64,000 nt of DNA, from the NCBI RefSeq assembly GCF_009914755.1, contig NC_060940.1; one strand, given 5' to 3'. Within the stretch, counting starts at the first letter, position 1; every line of letters begins with the position of its first letter. The DNA is from the human T2T-CHM13v2.0 reference genome, Homo sapiens. Position numbers and translations under genes: made by a program. The notes beneath the pieces are model-generated. The model ran no database searches and was not told the DNA's origin. It saw only the letters and a program-made list of their open reading frames with translations. This document shows positions 63,503 through 64,000 of the stretch, piece by piece.

Positions 63503-64000
63503 CTAAAGCTCCTCCTGCAGAGCCTGGTGTTCTTCCTGGCTGAGGAGTGGTTCCAAAAAAGCCGGCTCTTCCACGTCCTTCAACTACCCCAGTGGCTCCG
63601 TTGCTTGGAAAGGTTGTGCCTTTTGCTGAAATTCTGGGGTCGACAGGAGCTCATATAACAGGGTGGATGCGAGTGCAGATGAAAGCTCCAACTCCTGGAG
63701 CGGTTGGGAGGGTGTCTGGATGGCTTACATCAGCTTCTGACACGCAGAGGCCTCCATGGGCGCGAGCTGCGGAGGTAGATGTGCCTCGGCTTCACGTTCC
63801 CATGCGCCCTGGCGACCTGGGGACCCTGGCCCCAGCCCCAATACGGACTCATGTGGGACGTGTGTGGCGCAAGCACAACTTGCCCCTGTGACTCAGTCTG
63901 AGCGGCTCAAGTTGTCCCACTGAGCACGCACCCAGAAGGCCGCCGTGCTGCGAGTCCTGGTCCCCCTGCCATCTGTTTGACTCAGCCTGAGCGGCCCAAA
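63503..64000 (-). pseudogene. DUX4L: DUX4-like pseudogene, C-terminal part (extends beyond the window)
   Basis: Manual translation STLLYELLSTPEFQQKAQPFQATEPLG*LKDVEEPAFLEPLLSQEEHQALQEEL* versus DUX4 [52 protein letters not shown]; terminal TAG at 63503-63505, premature TAG at 63584-63586. Confidence 0.85.

Larger units (their letters stand above)
62040..64000 (-). repeat. Diverged D4Z4-like (3.3-kb family, LSau/hhspm3-containing) unit
   Basis: Reverse complement gives gcaagggggcctgttgctcacgtgtctctggaccccgaaag, gcggcagcc-type ccaggtactc...gcctactgagcatgcgcgggtgtgcgggcagccg (mutated KpnI-site region ~63300) and gaggagctttaggacgcggggttgggac, collinear with D4Z4 as I recall it. Confidence 0.85.

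Noticed and set aside
60480-63891. Long ORFs (200-286 aa) in the GC-rich region
   Set aside because: They run through TG and CT low-complexity tracts and stop-poor GC-rich DNA with no recognisable domain; the real DUX frame is not among them

Overview
Primate (human or great-ape) pericentromeric heterochromatin grading into segmental-duplication-like sequence. There is no intact protein-coding gene: the ORF track consists of satellite translation artefacts and broken L1 frames. Layout: (1) 1-27620 is diverged classical satellite, mostly HSat2/HSATII-type 23/26-bp units, with a strand inversion at ~11667. It is interrupted by (GGAAT/GGAGT)n blocks carrying 16 copies of the same ~60-bp Alu 3'-end fragment. 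(2) 27621-46237 is monomeric alpha satellite in which I saw no CENP-B box, with inversions at ~30110 and ~44120 and a twin-primed L1PA2/3 insertion. (3) 46238-60400 holds an orphan L1PA 5'UTR, old L1M fragments, Alus and a near full-length, dead L1PA4-like element nested in an L1MA. (4) 60500-64000 is CpG-rich and ends in a diverged D4Z4-like unit with the C-terminus of a DUX4-like pseudogene (minus strand). I found no evidence for a new protein-based system. The most notable signals are structural: the Alu-tail composite satellite with an ABCD-ABCD higher order, and a ~25-kb degenerate inverted arrangement of the HSat2 array. All identifications were made by eye and from recalled consensus sequences; boundaries are approximate.
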